From Candidatus Pacearchaeota archaeon (GTDB lineage: Archaea > Nanobdellota > Nanobdellia > Pacearchaeales > GW2011-AR1), in the NCBI GenBank assembly GCA_041654895.1, contig JBAZCR010000003.1, positions 5,990-69,989 of the forward strand: a DNA stretch of 64,000 bases, read 5' to 3'. Within the stretch, counting starts at the first letter, position 1; each line of letters begins with the position of its first letter. Shown one piece after another: positions 55,904-64,000 of the stretch. The notes beneath the pieces were generated by a model. That model worked only from the letters and a program-made list of their open reading frames with translations. It was not told where the DNA came from and searched no databases. Position numbers and translations under genes: made by a program.

Positions 55904-58711
55904 CTTAAGCTGTTAGAGGGATAGCTTGGCTTAGATTTTGATGAAGGACGTGGCAAGCTGCGATATGCTTTGGCGAGGTGCATGCGACCATTGAACCAAA
56001 GATTTCCGAATGTGAAACATATTCATCTGAATATACCGAAAGGTAGAGAAACGCCGGGAATTGAAACATCTTAGTACCGGTAGGAAAAGAAAATAATTAA
56101 TGATTTCCTTATTAGCAGAGAGCGAAAAGGAATTAGGGCAAACTGAATCTTGTTTGGAAACGAATTAAGAGATGTGGTGAAGTATAAAGACTAAGTTAAT
56201 GAGTTAAAGTTTTCTGGAAAGAAACACCTTAGAGGGTGATAGTCCCGTAGATTAAGTTAATATGTCTGACTTTGAAAGAGTAGGGTACCTTGGATTAGGT
56301 GCTTGAATATGGCAGAATTAACTGCTAACCCTAAATAGTAATCTAAGTCCGATAGCGTACTAGTACCGCGAGGGAAAGCTGAAAAGTACTCTCACAAGAG
56401 GGTTAAAAGACTTGAAATCTAACAGTTACAAGAGTGATACTGCCTCATTTTGGGGTTGTATCGTACGTTTTGAAGAACAGGCCAGGGAGTTAATTTTTGT
56501 GGCGAGATTAAGAAATGGAGTCGTAGCGAAAGCAAGTGTGAAAGCGCGTTAGTCACAAGGATTAGACCTGAAGCCAGATGATCTACTCCTGAGCAGGTTG
56601 AAGTTTCTTGAAAGGGAAATGGAGGACCGAACCGTTGTTGTGTGCATGCACTCGGATGACTTGGGAGTAGGGGTGAAAAGCCTCTCTAATCTGGCGATAG
56701 CTGGTTCCTGCTGAAATATGCCTTGGTATAGTCCGGTATAGTTTGTTTATGGGGTAAAGTTACAGATAGAATTTGCAGGGGCAAAAGCTTACGGAATTCT
56801 TTCTAACTCAGAACCTGTAAACTGCATAGTGCCGGAAACAGCGATTGCATGTAAGATGCAATTACGAAACCCGAACAAGGGAGCCTAAAGTTAAGGTCCC
56901 AAAGTGTTTGCTAAGTGTAACGAAGGTAGTTTTTATTCTGAGACAGTAGGGAGGTAGGTCTAGAAGCCGCCACCCTTTAAAGAAAGCGTAACAGCTCACC
57001 TATTGAGAATAAAAGCGCCGAAAATGGACGGGGCTATAAGCAAATCACCGATACTTTAGATACATCTAGATAGATGTTATGGTAAGCAGGCGTATTAATT
57101 GCGTAGAAGATTTAATGTAAATTGGGTTGGAGCGATTAATAATGCTTATCCTGGTGTGAGTAGGAACAAATCTTCCTTAGAACCGGAAGATGTCGAAAGG
57201 GTACGGTTTCCTTGGCACTATCAAATAACCAAGGGTTAGTCGGCACCTAAGTCATATCTTAACTGAATATGACGACGGATAACAGGTTAATATTCCTGTA
57301 CTAGAAAATTTTTGCTAAGTCTTTAGAATTGCTTTCGGATAGATAGAATACTGAGAGGTATTGAGAATAAGAAATTTGTGGATGGTAATCATGAGAAGCA
57401 AATGAATTATCTCTTCGTCTGTTGATTCCAGGAGCCTGTGAAAAGTCTAAAGAATAGAAAGTTTTTTAGCCGTACCAAGAACTTACACTGGTACCCAAGC
57501 TTAAAAGGCTAAGACATGAAAGTTTAAACGAGTTAAGGGAATTCGGCATAAATAGTCCCGTATCTTCGGTAGAAGGGATGTCTATTCTTTTCTATGATTC
57601 ATTATAGGGGGGAGTAGATCGCAGTAACAAGGATGGCACGACTGTTTACCAAAAACATAGCTAAGCGCAGTTCCGAAAGGACACGTATGCTTGGTGAAGT
57701 CTGCCCAGTGGTGGTGTCTAAATGCCTATTCCAATAGGTGGAAAGCCCATCAAACGGCGGGCCTAACTATGAGGCTCTTAAGGTAGCGTAATGCCTTGTC
57801 GTCTGAATGGCGACGTGCATGAATGGCTTAACGATGTTGTCACTGTCCCTAACTCGGTGCTTCTGAAATCTCTCACCGGTGAACAGGCCGGTATCGCCAA
57901 GTGGGAAGCGAAGACCTTGTAAACCTTTACTACAACCTGCCGTTGTGAATTTATTATAGATGCTTAGAGTAAGTGGGAGCGTCGATGTTTAAGTTTCGGC
58001 TTAAATGGAGCAAAAGTGTAACACCACTCATTTTTAGTAAATCCACTAACCTTTTTTGGAACAGCGGTTGGCGGGTAGTTTGGCTGGGGCGGCACCCCGC
58101 AGAAAATGTATCTGTGGGGCCCAAAGACAAACTCATCTAGGTCGGAAATCTAGAGTAGAGTGTAAAGGCAAAAGTTTGTCTGACTGCTTTTTGACAAGCA
58201 AAGAAAGCAGGAGTGAAAGCTGGGCTTAACGAACTTACTATGATTTTTAATGGGTCAAGTAAATGTCAGAAAAGGTACTTCAAGGATAACAGGCTTGTCG
58301 CCCCTGATAGTTCACATTGACGGGGCGGTTTGGTACATCGCTGTCGGCTTTTCCTATCCTGGATGTGCATAAGCATCCAAGGGTGTCGGAGTTCACGCAT
58401 TAAAAGGGATCGTTAGCTGGGTTAAGAACGTCGTGAGACAGTTTGTATGATATCTACTTGGCGTGTTGTTGTTTGAGTGGAAGGATCTTCTAGTACGAGA
58501 GGAACGGAGATTCGGTGCCTCTGGTCTACCAGTTGTTATGAGCAGGCTGGGCAGCTACGCACTAATCGATAAGCGCTGAAAGCATCTAAGCACGAAGCGA
58601 GCCGCAAAACGAAACAACTAAGGCCGCAGTAAAAGACTGCGTTGATAGAGTTGATGTGTAAGTATTGAGCTTTTTGCGATTTATTCAGCATGCAACTACT
58701 AATAGCCTTAA
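55904..58711 (+). rRNA. 23S rRNA, about 2.8 kb (ends approximate, +/- 20 nt)
   Basis: 5' CTTAAGC...GATGAAGGACGTGGCAAGCTGCGATA. Internal conserved blocks include GACCGAACCG, GGATAACAGGCT, AGCTGGGTTAAGAACGTCGTGAGACAGTT, CTAGTACGAGAGGAAC and GCTGAAAGCATCTAAG. 3' AGCCTTAA pairs with the 5' end. Confidence 0.9.
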
Positions 58712-58733
58712 TTTTAAATTTTTTTTAATTGGC

Positions 58734-58752
58734 GTATTGATTTTTTATACTG
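58734..58752 (+). repeat. 3' arm of the 23S rRNA processing stem
   Basis: Complement of 55858-55876. Confidence 0.8.
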
Positions 58753-58790
58753 TTCTATTTTGATTTAATAATATTATTATATTCTTAAAA

Positions 58791-60383
58791 ATGGTAAAAA
58801 AAAGTGTAAATAACAAACATAACAATTCTTTTTCAAAAGAAATTTTAATTCAAGAAATAGATTCTAGCTATTTTAAGAAAACTGTTTGTTTAAATGGTAT
58901 TGTAGAGAAAGTTATTCAAACTAGTGGACCAACCATATTTGAGATAACAGATGGAACAGGAAATTTTTCTTTGAAGGGATTTGTTTCTCCAGGTGTTAGA
59001 GCCTTTTCTCAAATAAATGAAGGTGATTGTGTTAAAGCAATAGCACAAATAGAAGAATTTAATGGTTCTATTGAAGGAGAAATAATAAAAATTTTTGTTA
59101 AAACACAAAAAGATTCAGAAGAATTTAAAAAAAAATTAAATGAGAGATTGAAGAAAAGAGCATCTGTTGAAGAAGTTGATTTTTTAATAGATTCTAGAAT
59201 CCTAGATAAATTAAAACCCTTTTTTTTAAAAGCTGCATTAGAAATAAGATTTGCAATATTGAGTAATAGACCAATAATTGTAAGACATCATAATGATACA
59301 GATGGATATTGTGCAGGTTTTTCATTAGAAAGGGCAATTTTACCTCTTATTGAAAGACAGCATTTAAATCCTAAAGCTGCTTGGGAATATTTTACTCGAG
59401 CTCCTTGTGCTGCTCCATTTTATGAGATAGACGATTCTATTAGAGATACTGCTCTTTCTTTAAGAAATGTTGCAAAGTTTTCTGATAAAATGCCACTAAT
59501 AATTATAGTAGATAATGGCTCTGGAGAAGAAGATCTAATGGGTATAAAACAAGGAAAAATTCATGGATGTGATTTTATTGTAATTGATCATCATGCTTTT
59601 AACAAAGATGTAATAAGTGATGAGGTCTTGGTTCACATTAATCCTTATCTAGTTAATGAGTCAGGTTCAAGTTTTAGTGCTGGAATGCTTTGTGCAGAAA
59701 TTGCAAGATTTATTAATAAAAAAGTAACAAATATTAGTCAAATCCCTGCAATGGCTGGTTTGGCAGACAAAATATTTATTGAAAATCCTCAGGCAATAGA
59801 TAAATATCTTAAAATCGCTGAAAAGGAAGGATATACAAAGGAACTACTTAGTGAAATAGGTCTTGTTATTGAATATGTGTCGTCTAAAATTAGATTTATG
59901 GAAGCAAGAGAATATATTGAAGTTTTATTTGGTGAACCTAGAGATAAACAAAAAGAACTAATAAAATTGCTATCTCCTTATATTAAAGAATTAGATAGAA
60001 AAGGATTATTGATTGGTAAAAGTAGCGCGATTCTTGAAGAGAGAGATGGATTAACACTTCAATTAATTCATATAGAAGAATCTTTTCCTGGATTTGGTTT
60101 TTTTCCTAAACCTGGTAGAGCTGTAGGGTTATTACATGATGATTTACAGTATAATAAAAATCTAAATAAATTAATTTCTATAGGTGTAATGAATACTGCA
60201 ATGACATTTAGGGCAACTACTGATGCTAATTTTTCTATTCATGAATTAATTGTTTATTTAAATAATCAACTTCCTGATGCTTTTGTTAGTGGTGGTGGGC
60301 ATAAAAATGCTGGTTCTATTTCTTTTTTACCTAAATCTAAAAATCAGGTGTTAGAATTAGTAAAAAAATTTATTTTTGATTAA
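58791..60383 (+). CDS. RecJ/Cdc45-like DHH-family phosphoesterase with N-terminal OB fold
   Basis: OB-like N-terminus (CLNGIVEKVIQTSGPTIFEITDGTG...). DHH motifs VRHHNDTDGYCAG, IIVDNGSG and FIVIDHH; DHHA1-type GGGHKNAGS; 530 aa. Confidence 0.8.
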   Translation: MVKKSVNNKHNNSFSKEILIQEIDSSYFKKTVCLNGIVEKVIQTSGPTIFEITDGTGNFSLKGFVSPGVRAFSQINEGDCVKAIAQIEEFNGSIEGEIIKIFVKTQKDSEEFKKKLNERLKKRASVEEVDFLIDSRILDKLKPFFLKAALEIRFAILSNRPIIVRHHNDTDGYCAGFSLERAILPLIERQHLNPKAAWEYFTRAPCAAPFYEIDDSIRDTALSLRNVAKFSDKMPLIIIVDNGSGEEDLMGIKQGKIHGCDFIVIDHHAFNKDVISDEVLVHINPYLVNESGSSFSAGMLCAEIARFINKKVTNISQIPAMAGLADKIFIENPQAIDKYLKIAEKEGYTKELLSEIGLVIEYVSSKIRFMEAREYIEVLFGEPRDKQKELIKLLSPYIKELDRKGLLIGKSSAILEERDGLTLQLIHIEESFPGFGFFPKPGRAVGLLHDDLQYNKNLNKLISIGVMNTAMTFRATTDANFSIHELIVYLNNQLPDAFVSGGGHKNAGSISFLPKSKNQVLELVKKFIFD

Positions 60384-60413
60384 ATCTTTAAACTATTATT
60401 CTTATTTAAATTT

Positions 60414-61070
60414 ATGAATCAGAATGAATTTATTATTGAAGCAAAAAATGAGGTTAGGAAAAGTATACTTAAGGATAACCTTATTATTTTTTTTACAAGA
60501 GTCTTGGAAGATTTAAGAAAAGACGAAAATAGTTGTTTATTTGGTAGAATTAAAGATTTGTATTATTTAATTAATCCTTATGAAGACTCAACTAAAAAAG
60601 AGATATACTTTTTTTTAAAAAATGATTTTTCTTTCAGTGAAGGTTTAATTTTAGATGATGAAGAAAAGTCTTTTTGTAATATTCTTTTTTCTGATTTAAA
60701 TTCTGATTTTATTTTAGTAAATGGTAAAGTTATGAAAGGGAGGGTTTTAGGAATTATTAAAAAATTAATTTTAAAATATTTTCCTAATTCTTATGAGGTA
60801 ATAGAGCCATTTATTTTTGCTAAATTAATTTGTTCTGTTGGAGGAATTGAAAGGATGATAAAACTACCCTCTTCTACTATTCAACTAATTGGAGCTGAAA
60901 AAGCTTTGTTTAGACATAAGACTAAGAAAACAAATTCACCAAAGTATGGATTATTGTATCTTTCTAAAAAAGTTCAAGAGAGTTCTAATAAAGGTAAGGC
61001 TGCTAGGCAAATTTCTAATAAAATTTTTATTTCAATTAAATTAGATTATTATCAAATAATTGTCCGATGA
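60414..61070 (+). CDS. Nop5 (Nop56/58) C/D-box RNP protein, N-terminally truncated form
   Basis: NOSIC-like DNLIIFFTRVLEDLRKDENSCLFGRIKDLYY and Nop domain LPSSTIQLIGAEKALFRH...SPKYGLLY...KGKAARQISNKIFISIKLDYY. Only 218 aa. Confidence 0.8.
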   Translation: MNQNEFIIEAKNEVRKSILKDNLIIFFTRVLEDLRKDENSCLFGRIKDLYYLINPYEDSTKKEIYFFLKNDFSFSEGLILDDEEKSFCNILFSDLNSDFILVNGKVMKGRVLGIIKKLILKYFPNSYEVIEPFIFAKLICSVGGIERMIKLPSSTIQLIGAEKALFRHKTKKTNSPKYGLLYLSKKVQESSNKGKAARQISNKIFISIKLDYYQIIVR

Positions 61071-61656
61071 TGAAACACCTTTATTGCGATGTGCTGAGGG
61101 CAATTTTATTTTAAAGATGTATACTAAATGGATTCCTGAAAAAAGTAAGTGGAAAGCAGCTTATGAAAAAGGTTTAGATGTTAGTTTGAATGAGAATGAA
61201 AATATTTTATATCTAGGAGCTTCAAGTGGTTCAACGATAAGTTTTATTTCTAAGTATACCAAAGGTATAATCTTTTCTGTTGAAAAATCTCCTAAAATGA
61301 TGATTCCCTTAATTAAAAAATCCCTTAAAATAAAAAATGTTTTTCCTTTATTTTGTGACGCTAGAAATATTGATTATATTAATTCTAAAATTAAAGATAC
61401 TAAAATAAACATCCTATTTCAAGATATTCCTAGTTTTGACCAAGTTGAAATTTTAATTAATGCTTCTAAACTTGTAGATAAAGATTGTAAAATATTTTTT
61501 AGTCTAAAAACTAAAAGTATTTCTCAAGGGGACTCTTTTGTTACATATAAAAAAGTAAAAGAAAAATTAAAAAAGTTTTTTGAAATTATTGATGAAACAA
61601 ATTTAGAACCTTATCATAAATTTCACTGGTTTTTTATATTAAAAAAAAGTAGCTAG
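61060..61656 (+). CDS. flpA: fibrillarin (C/D-box 2'-O-methyltransferase), short N-terminus
   Basis: W.PEKSKWKAAYEKGL, SAM-binding ILYLGASSGSTISFISKY, FSVEKSPKMM, FCDARN. A TTG start at 61060 overlaps nop5 by 11 nt; the first ATG is at 61117. Confidence 0.85.
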   Translation: MSDDETPLLRCAEGNFILKMYTKWIPEKSKWKAAYEKGLDVSLNENENILYLGASSGSTISFISKYTKGIIFSVEKSPKMMIPLIKKSLKIKNVFPLFCDARNIDYINSKIKDTKINILFQDIPSFDQVEILINASKLVDKDCKIFFSLKTKSISQGDSFVTYKKVKEKLKKFFEIIDETNLEPYHKFHWFFILKKSS

Positions 61657-61905
61657 TTTAACTTATACTGTTCATTTATGAATATTCTTTTAAACGAAAG
61701 TTGAATTTGTAAAGCATGATAGATAAATTTAAATTAAGATATTCTCAACCTGGTTCAATAAGGAATAATTATTATAGAAATAATGATATAACATGTGATT
61801 TTAATGAAGCTTACTTTGAACGTATTGTTTTTCAAAGCCACAGAAGGGAAAAATATAAGGCCAAAGATTTGCTAAAAGAAAAATTTCATAGTAGATATAA
61901 TTAGA

Positions 61906-61914
61906 TTTAAAAAG
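61906..61914 (+). promoter_or_regulatory. putative TATA box of the RNase P RNA gene
   Basis: TTTAAAAAG is centred about 27 nt upstream of the RNA 5' end (61937). Confidence 0.4.
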
Positions 61915-61936
61915 ATAAATTCTGTTTAATTAATAA

Positions 61937-62337
61937 GATCAGTAGAGTAGCTAACGGGGAATCTTAGTTTAAGTGAAAACTTAAAACCAATGTAAAATGA
62001 TTGGTTAAGATTTTTCAGGAAGGTCTGCACATCCTTTATTAACTTATTAATAAAGCTTGGTAAATCAAGAATCATCCTTGAAAAAGGACAGCAGTGATGT
62101 TGGGCTCTGAGATAGAAACGACACAGTCATTGATTAGAATGAAGTTTGGGGTAAAATAATTTTATTTGGTAACAGATAACAATTGTTTTATTTTAAGCAA
62201 ACAGACATTGTCAATGGAATTGATGGAACGAGCAACCTGATTGATGCAACTAGTGTAATCCTAGGCTTAGTTAGATGTTAGCACAAAGTGTTTGTTAGAG
62301 CAAGCTTTGACAGAATGTGGCCTATTCTCTACTGATC
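61937..62337 (+). ncRNA. rnpB: RNase P RNA
   Basis: Perfect 11-bp terminal helix GATCAGTAGAG/CTCTACTGATC (P1). CR-I-like AGGAAGGTCTGC (compare GAGGAAAGUCC). CR-V-like GACAGAATGTGGCCTA (compare ACAGAAxxxGGCUUA). About 401 nt, less AT-rich than its surroundings, no long ORF. Confidence 0.8.
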
Positions 62338-62856
62338 TTATATATATCTTCTAATTTTAGATTTATAATTTAAATATTCTTTTTTATATTTTTTTTCTAA
62401 GAATTTCTCTTCATTTAAAATAATTTTATGTGTTATCAATATTAGAAATACTAATAGTGGAACTTGGTAAAATGATTGTGTCATTGTTATTATTCCGATA
62501 AGACTAATAAATCCGAAGAAGTATGTAGGATTTCTTGAGTAACGATATATCCCTGTTGTAATTAGCTCTTTACTTTTATAAAACTTGAAATATCCTAAAT
62601 AAGTTAAGATTAGGCCTACAAAATAGATTATTAAACCAGTTATCAAATGTAAAACACTCTGAGAAGGTACTATTATAAAATTAATTAAGATAATCAGAAA
62701 ATATAAAATTCCAGCTATTGCTTCTAAAATTAGATCAACTTTTTTTATTGAGTTTATCTTTGAGAATCTTAGTCTAAAATCCTTTTTAATTGATAATAAG
62801 AGAATAGGTAGGTATATTAAAAGTGCTAAAAATCCTATCGGTGAAACTTCCATCAT
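62338..62856 (-). CDS. isoprenylcysteine carboxyl methyltransferase / PEMT-family membrane methyltransferase
   Basis: Polytopic; GIYRYSRNPTYFFGFISLIG matches the ICMT/PEMT motif; 172 aa. Confidence 0.75.
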   Translation of the reverse strand: MMEVSPIGFLALLIYLPILLLSIKKDFRLRFSKINSIKKVDLILEAIAGILYFLIILINFIIVPSQSVLHLITGLIIYFVGLILTYLGYFKFYKSKELITTGIYRYSRNPTYFFGFISLIGIITMTQSFYQVPLLVFLILITHKIILNEEKFLEKKYKKEYLNYKSKIRRYI

Positions 62857-62873
62857 TTTATTTTAAATTTAAG

Positions 62874-62887
62874 AAACTTTAAAAAGG
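62874..62887 (+). promoter_or_regulatory. putative BRE/TATA promoter element of tRNA-Phe
   Basis: AAACTTTAAAAAGG begins 42 nt upstream of the tRNA 5' end. Confidence 0.35.
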
Positions 62888-62915
62888 TTAATTCTATTTT
62901 TATATTAGATATATT

Positions 62916-62987
62916 GGGGCTGTAGCTCAGTGGGAGAGCACATGGCTGAAGACCATGGTGTCGAGAGTTCGATTCTCTCCAGTCCCA
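62916..62987 (+). tRNA. tRNA-Phe (anticodon GAA)
   Basis: GGGGCTG-TA-GCTC-AGTGGGA-GAGC-A-CATGG-CTGAAGA-CCATG-GTGTC-GAGAG-TTCGATT-CTCTC-CAGTCCC-A. Confidence 0.92.
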
Positions 62988-63001
62988 AATTATTTTTAAA
63001 A

Positions 63002-63484
63002 ATGGAAGATAATAAAAAAAAACTTGAAGAGTTAAAAATTGAATATAATTTATTAGGATATAAGTTACCTAATTTTCAAGAGTTATTAGATGATTTTGAT
63101 TTATTAAAAATTTGCGAAAAGGATTCTGGTTATTTATTACGAGACATACGTAAAACAATTATTGAAAAATTGAGTGCATATTTGCAATTGTTTGAGTTAA
63201 TCATAAATCCAATTTCACCCCAACTGTTTATAATTAATTTAGCTAAACAATTTAATGAAGAGGATAAAAAATTAATTAAACAAATATATTATGAAATTTC
63301 TAAGTTAAATCTTTTTTCTATAAAATTAGACACTATTTATATTGAAGAAAAAGAAGCAGAATTTGTTAAAACTTCTTTTGAAAAATGGTCTAATTTGAAA
63401 AAACAAATTTATGATTTATTAGATAAAGTTGATTTCCAAAATGAAAAGACAAATTTAGGAAACAATTCTAATTATTTTGGTTAA
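63002..63484 (+). CDS. hypothetical helical protein
   Basis: 160 aa from the ATG at 63002 (MEDNKKKLEEL...). The ORF-track start at 62930 lies inside tRNA-Phe and is rejected. Confidence 0.45.
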   Translation: MEDNKKKLEELKIEYNLLGYKLPNFQELLDDFDLLKICEKDSGYLLRDIRKTIIEKLSAYLQLFELIINPISPQLFIINLAKQFNEEDKKLIKQIYYEISKLNLFSIKLDTIYIEEKEAEFVKTSFEKWSNLKKQIYDLLDKVDFQNEKTNLGNNSNYFG

Positions 63485-64000
63485 ATAAATAATCTATTTC
63501 TATTTCTAAACTTACTACTGGCATTTTAAGTTTCCAATTCTTTAACACTCTAGGATTTATTTCTCCTATAGTTCCTATTTCTATATTTTGTAATTTGATA
63601 ACTCCGCTTCTTCCTTTAATATAGGCAGGATGAAGGTCATTATTTTCAATTTTGTAATTTTGAATATTTAACATTTTAAATAAATAATCTAATATTTGTT
63701 TTAGTTCTGTATAATTTACATTTTCATTTGTTAATGCAATTACTAATTTTTCTCTTTCAATTACTTTTGTTTGTGTTTTATTCCCATTATCTTTTTCAAA
63801 TATTCTTCCTATTTCAAATATTTTCTGAGGATATGTAGCATCAGAATTCTCAGAAAAAATTTCCAAAGCATTAGTAATTAAATCATATCTTAATGTATCT
63901 CTTTGTGTTTTTGAATTTTCTACTTGAATTAAATCGTTAAAATCAAAATAAATCTTTTTGATATTTTTTTTAGTTGTTAAGTGATAAGTTGATACTTCTA
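63468..64000 (-). CDS. pheT: phenylalanyl-tRNA synthetase beta subunit, C-terminal part (CDS continues beyond the window)
   Basis: YPQKIFEIGRIF...HPAYIKGRSGVI...IGTIGEINPRVLKNWKLKMPVVSLEIEI is typical of the archaeal PheT C-terminus. The frame stays open from 63866 to the window edge; the M in the ORF track is an internal TTG. Confidence 0.85.
   Translation of the reverse strand, partial: EVSTYHLTTKKNIKKIYFDFNDLIQVENSKTQRDTLRYDLITNALEIFSENSDATYPQKIFEIGRIFEKDNGNKTQTKVIEREKLVIALTNENVNYTELKQILDYLFKMLNIQNYKIENNDLHPAYIKGRSGVIKLQNIEIGTIGEINPRVLKNWKLKMPVVSLEIEIDYLFNQNN

Noticed and set aside
54398-58136. ORFs 54398-54604, 54650-54964, 55656-55847 and 57954-58136.
   Set aside because: They lie inside 16S rRNA, tRNA-Ala plus spacer, and 23S rRNA. 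They are artefacts of GC-rich RNA genes.
55858-58752. Search for canonical bulge-helix-bulge motifs within the 16S and 23S flanking helices.
   Set aside because: I could draw the long helices but not a convincing 3-4-3 BHB by eye. I report only the inverted repeats.
61716-61904. 62-aa ORF between fibrillarin and RNase P RNA.
   Set aside because: It has no motif and no obvious ribosome-binding site, and it would run into the RNase P RNA promoter. Kept only as a very weak possibility, so not listed as a feature.
62930-63001. N-terminal 24 codons of the ORF-track gene 62930-63484.
   Set aside because: This stretch is tRNA-Phe sequence. The real start is most likely the ATG at 63002.

Overview
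This is a gene-dense, very AT-rich archaeal chromosome segment (about 70% A+T by eye; only the RNA genes are GC-rich). No transposase, integrase or CRISPR array is visible. All calls rest on motifs read from the supplied translations and on hand-folding of RNAs; no BLAST, HMM or covariance search was possible.

**Content.** The window is dominated by information-processing genes:
- Six aminoacyl-tRNA synthetase genes: ileS, argS, aspS, leuS, trpS and a partial pheT.
- The amidotransferase subunits GatA and GatD.
- Translation genes aIF1A, aIF2-beta, aIF2-gamma, aIF5B, ABCE1 and S6e.
- RNA-processing genes aCPSF1, RNase J, TruD, Nop5-fibrillarin and Pop5, plus an RNase P RNA that I identified by hand.
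- Other housekeeping genes: proteasome beta, gyrB-gyrA, a RecJ-like DHH protein, ScpB and MinD.
- A 16S-tRNAAla-23S operon with no 5S.
- Seven tRNA genes, none encoding CCA. Two of them (Tyr, Glu) carry unusually long introns at the canonical 37/38 position, each with a hand-foldable bulge-helix-bulge motif.
- Several large secreted or membrane-anchored proteins.

**Likely source.** Archaeal core machinery sits alongside bacterial-type gyrase, LeuRS and AspRS, with short rRNAs and trimmed proteins. This suggests a reduced, DPANN-like archaeon (inference only).

**Most interesting observations:**
1. A complete Nudix hydrolase domain is nested in-frame inside LeuRS, at the edge of the editing domain.
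2. Nop5 lacks its fibrillarin-binding N-terminal domain and is paired with an N-terminally shortened fibrillarin.
3. The tRNA-Tyr and tRNA-Glu introns are structured and 82 and 111 nt long.
4. A bacterial-type AspRS has its GAD insertion domain precisely missing, and lies next to gatD.
5. A split xylose-isomerase-like TIM-barrel protein carries a roughly 250-aa helical insert and a Gly/Gln-rich tail.
6. A 96-aa Dph2 N-terminal remnant is present.
7. A 501-aa helical protein matches no family I recognise and is paired divergently with a small coiled-coil gene.
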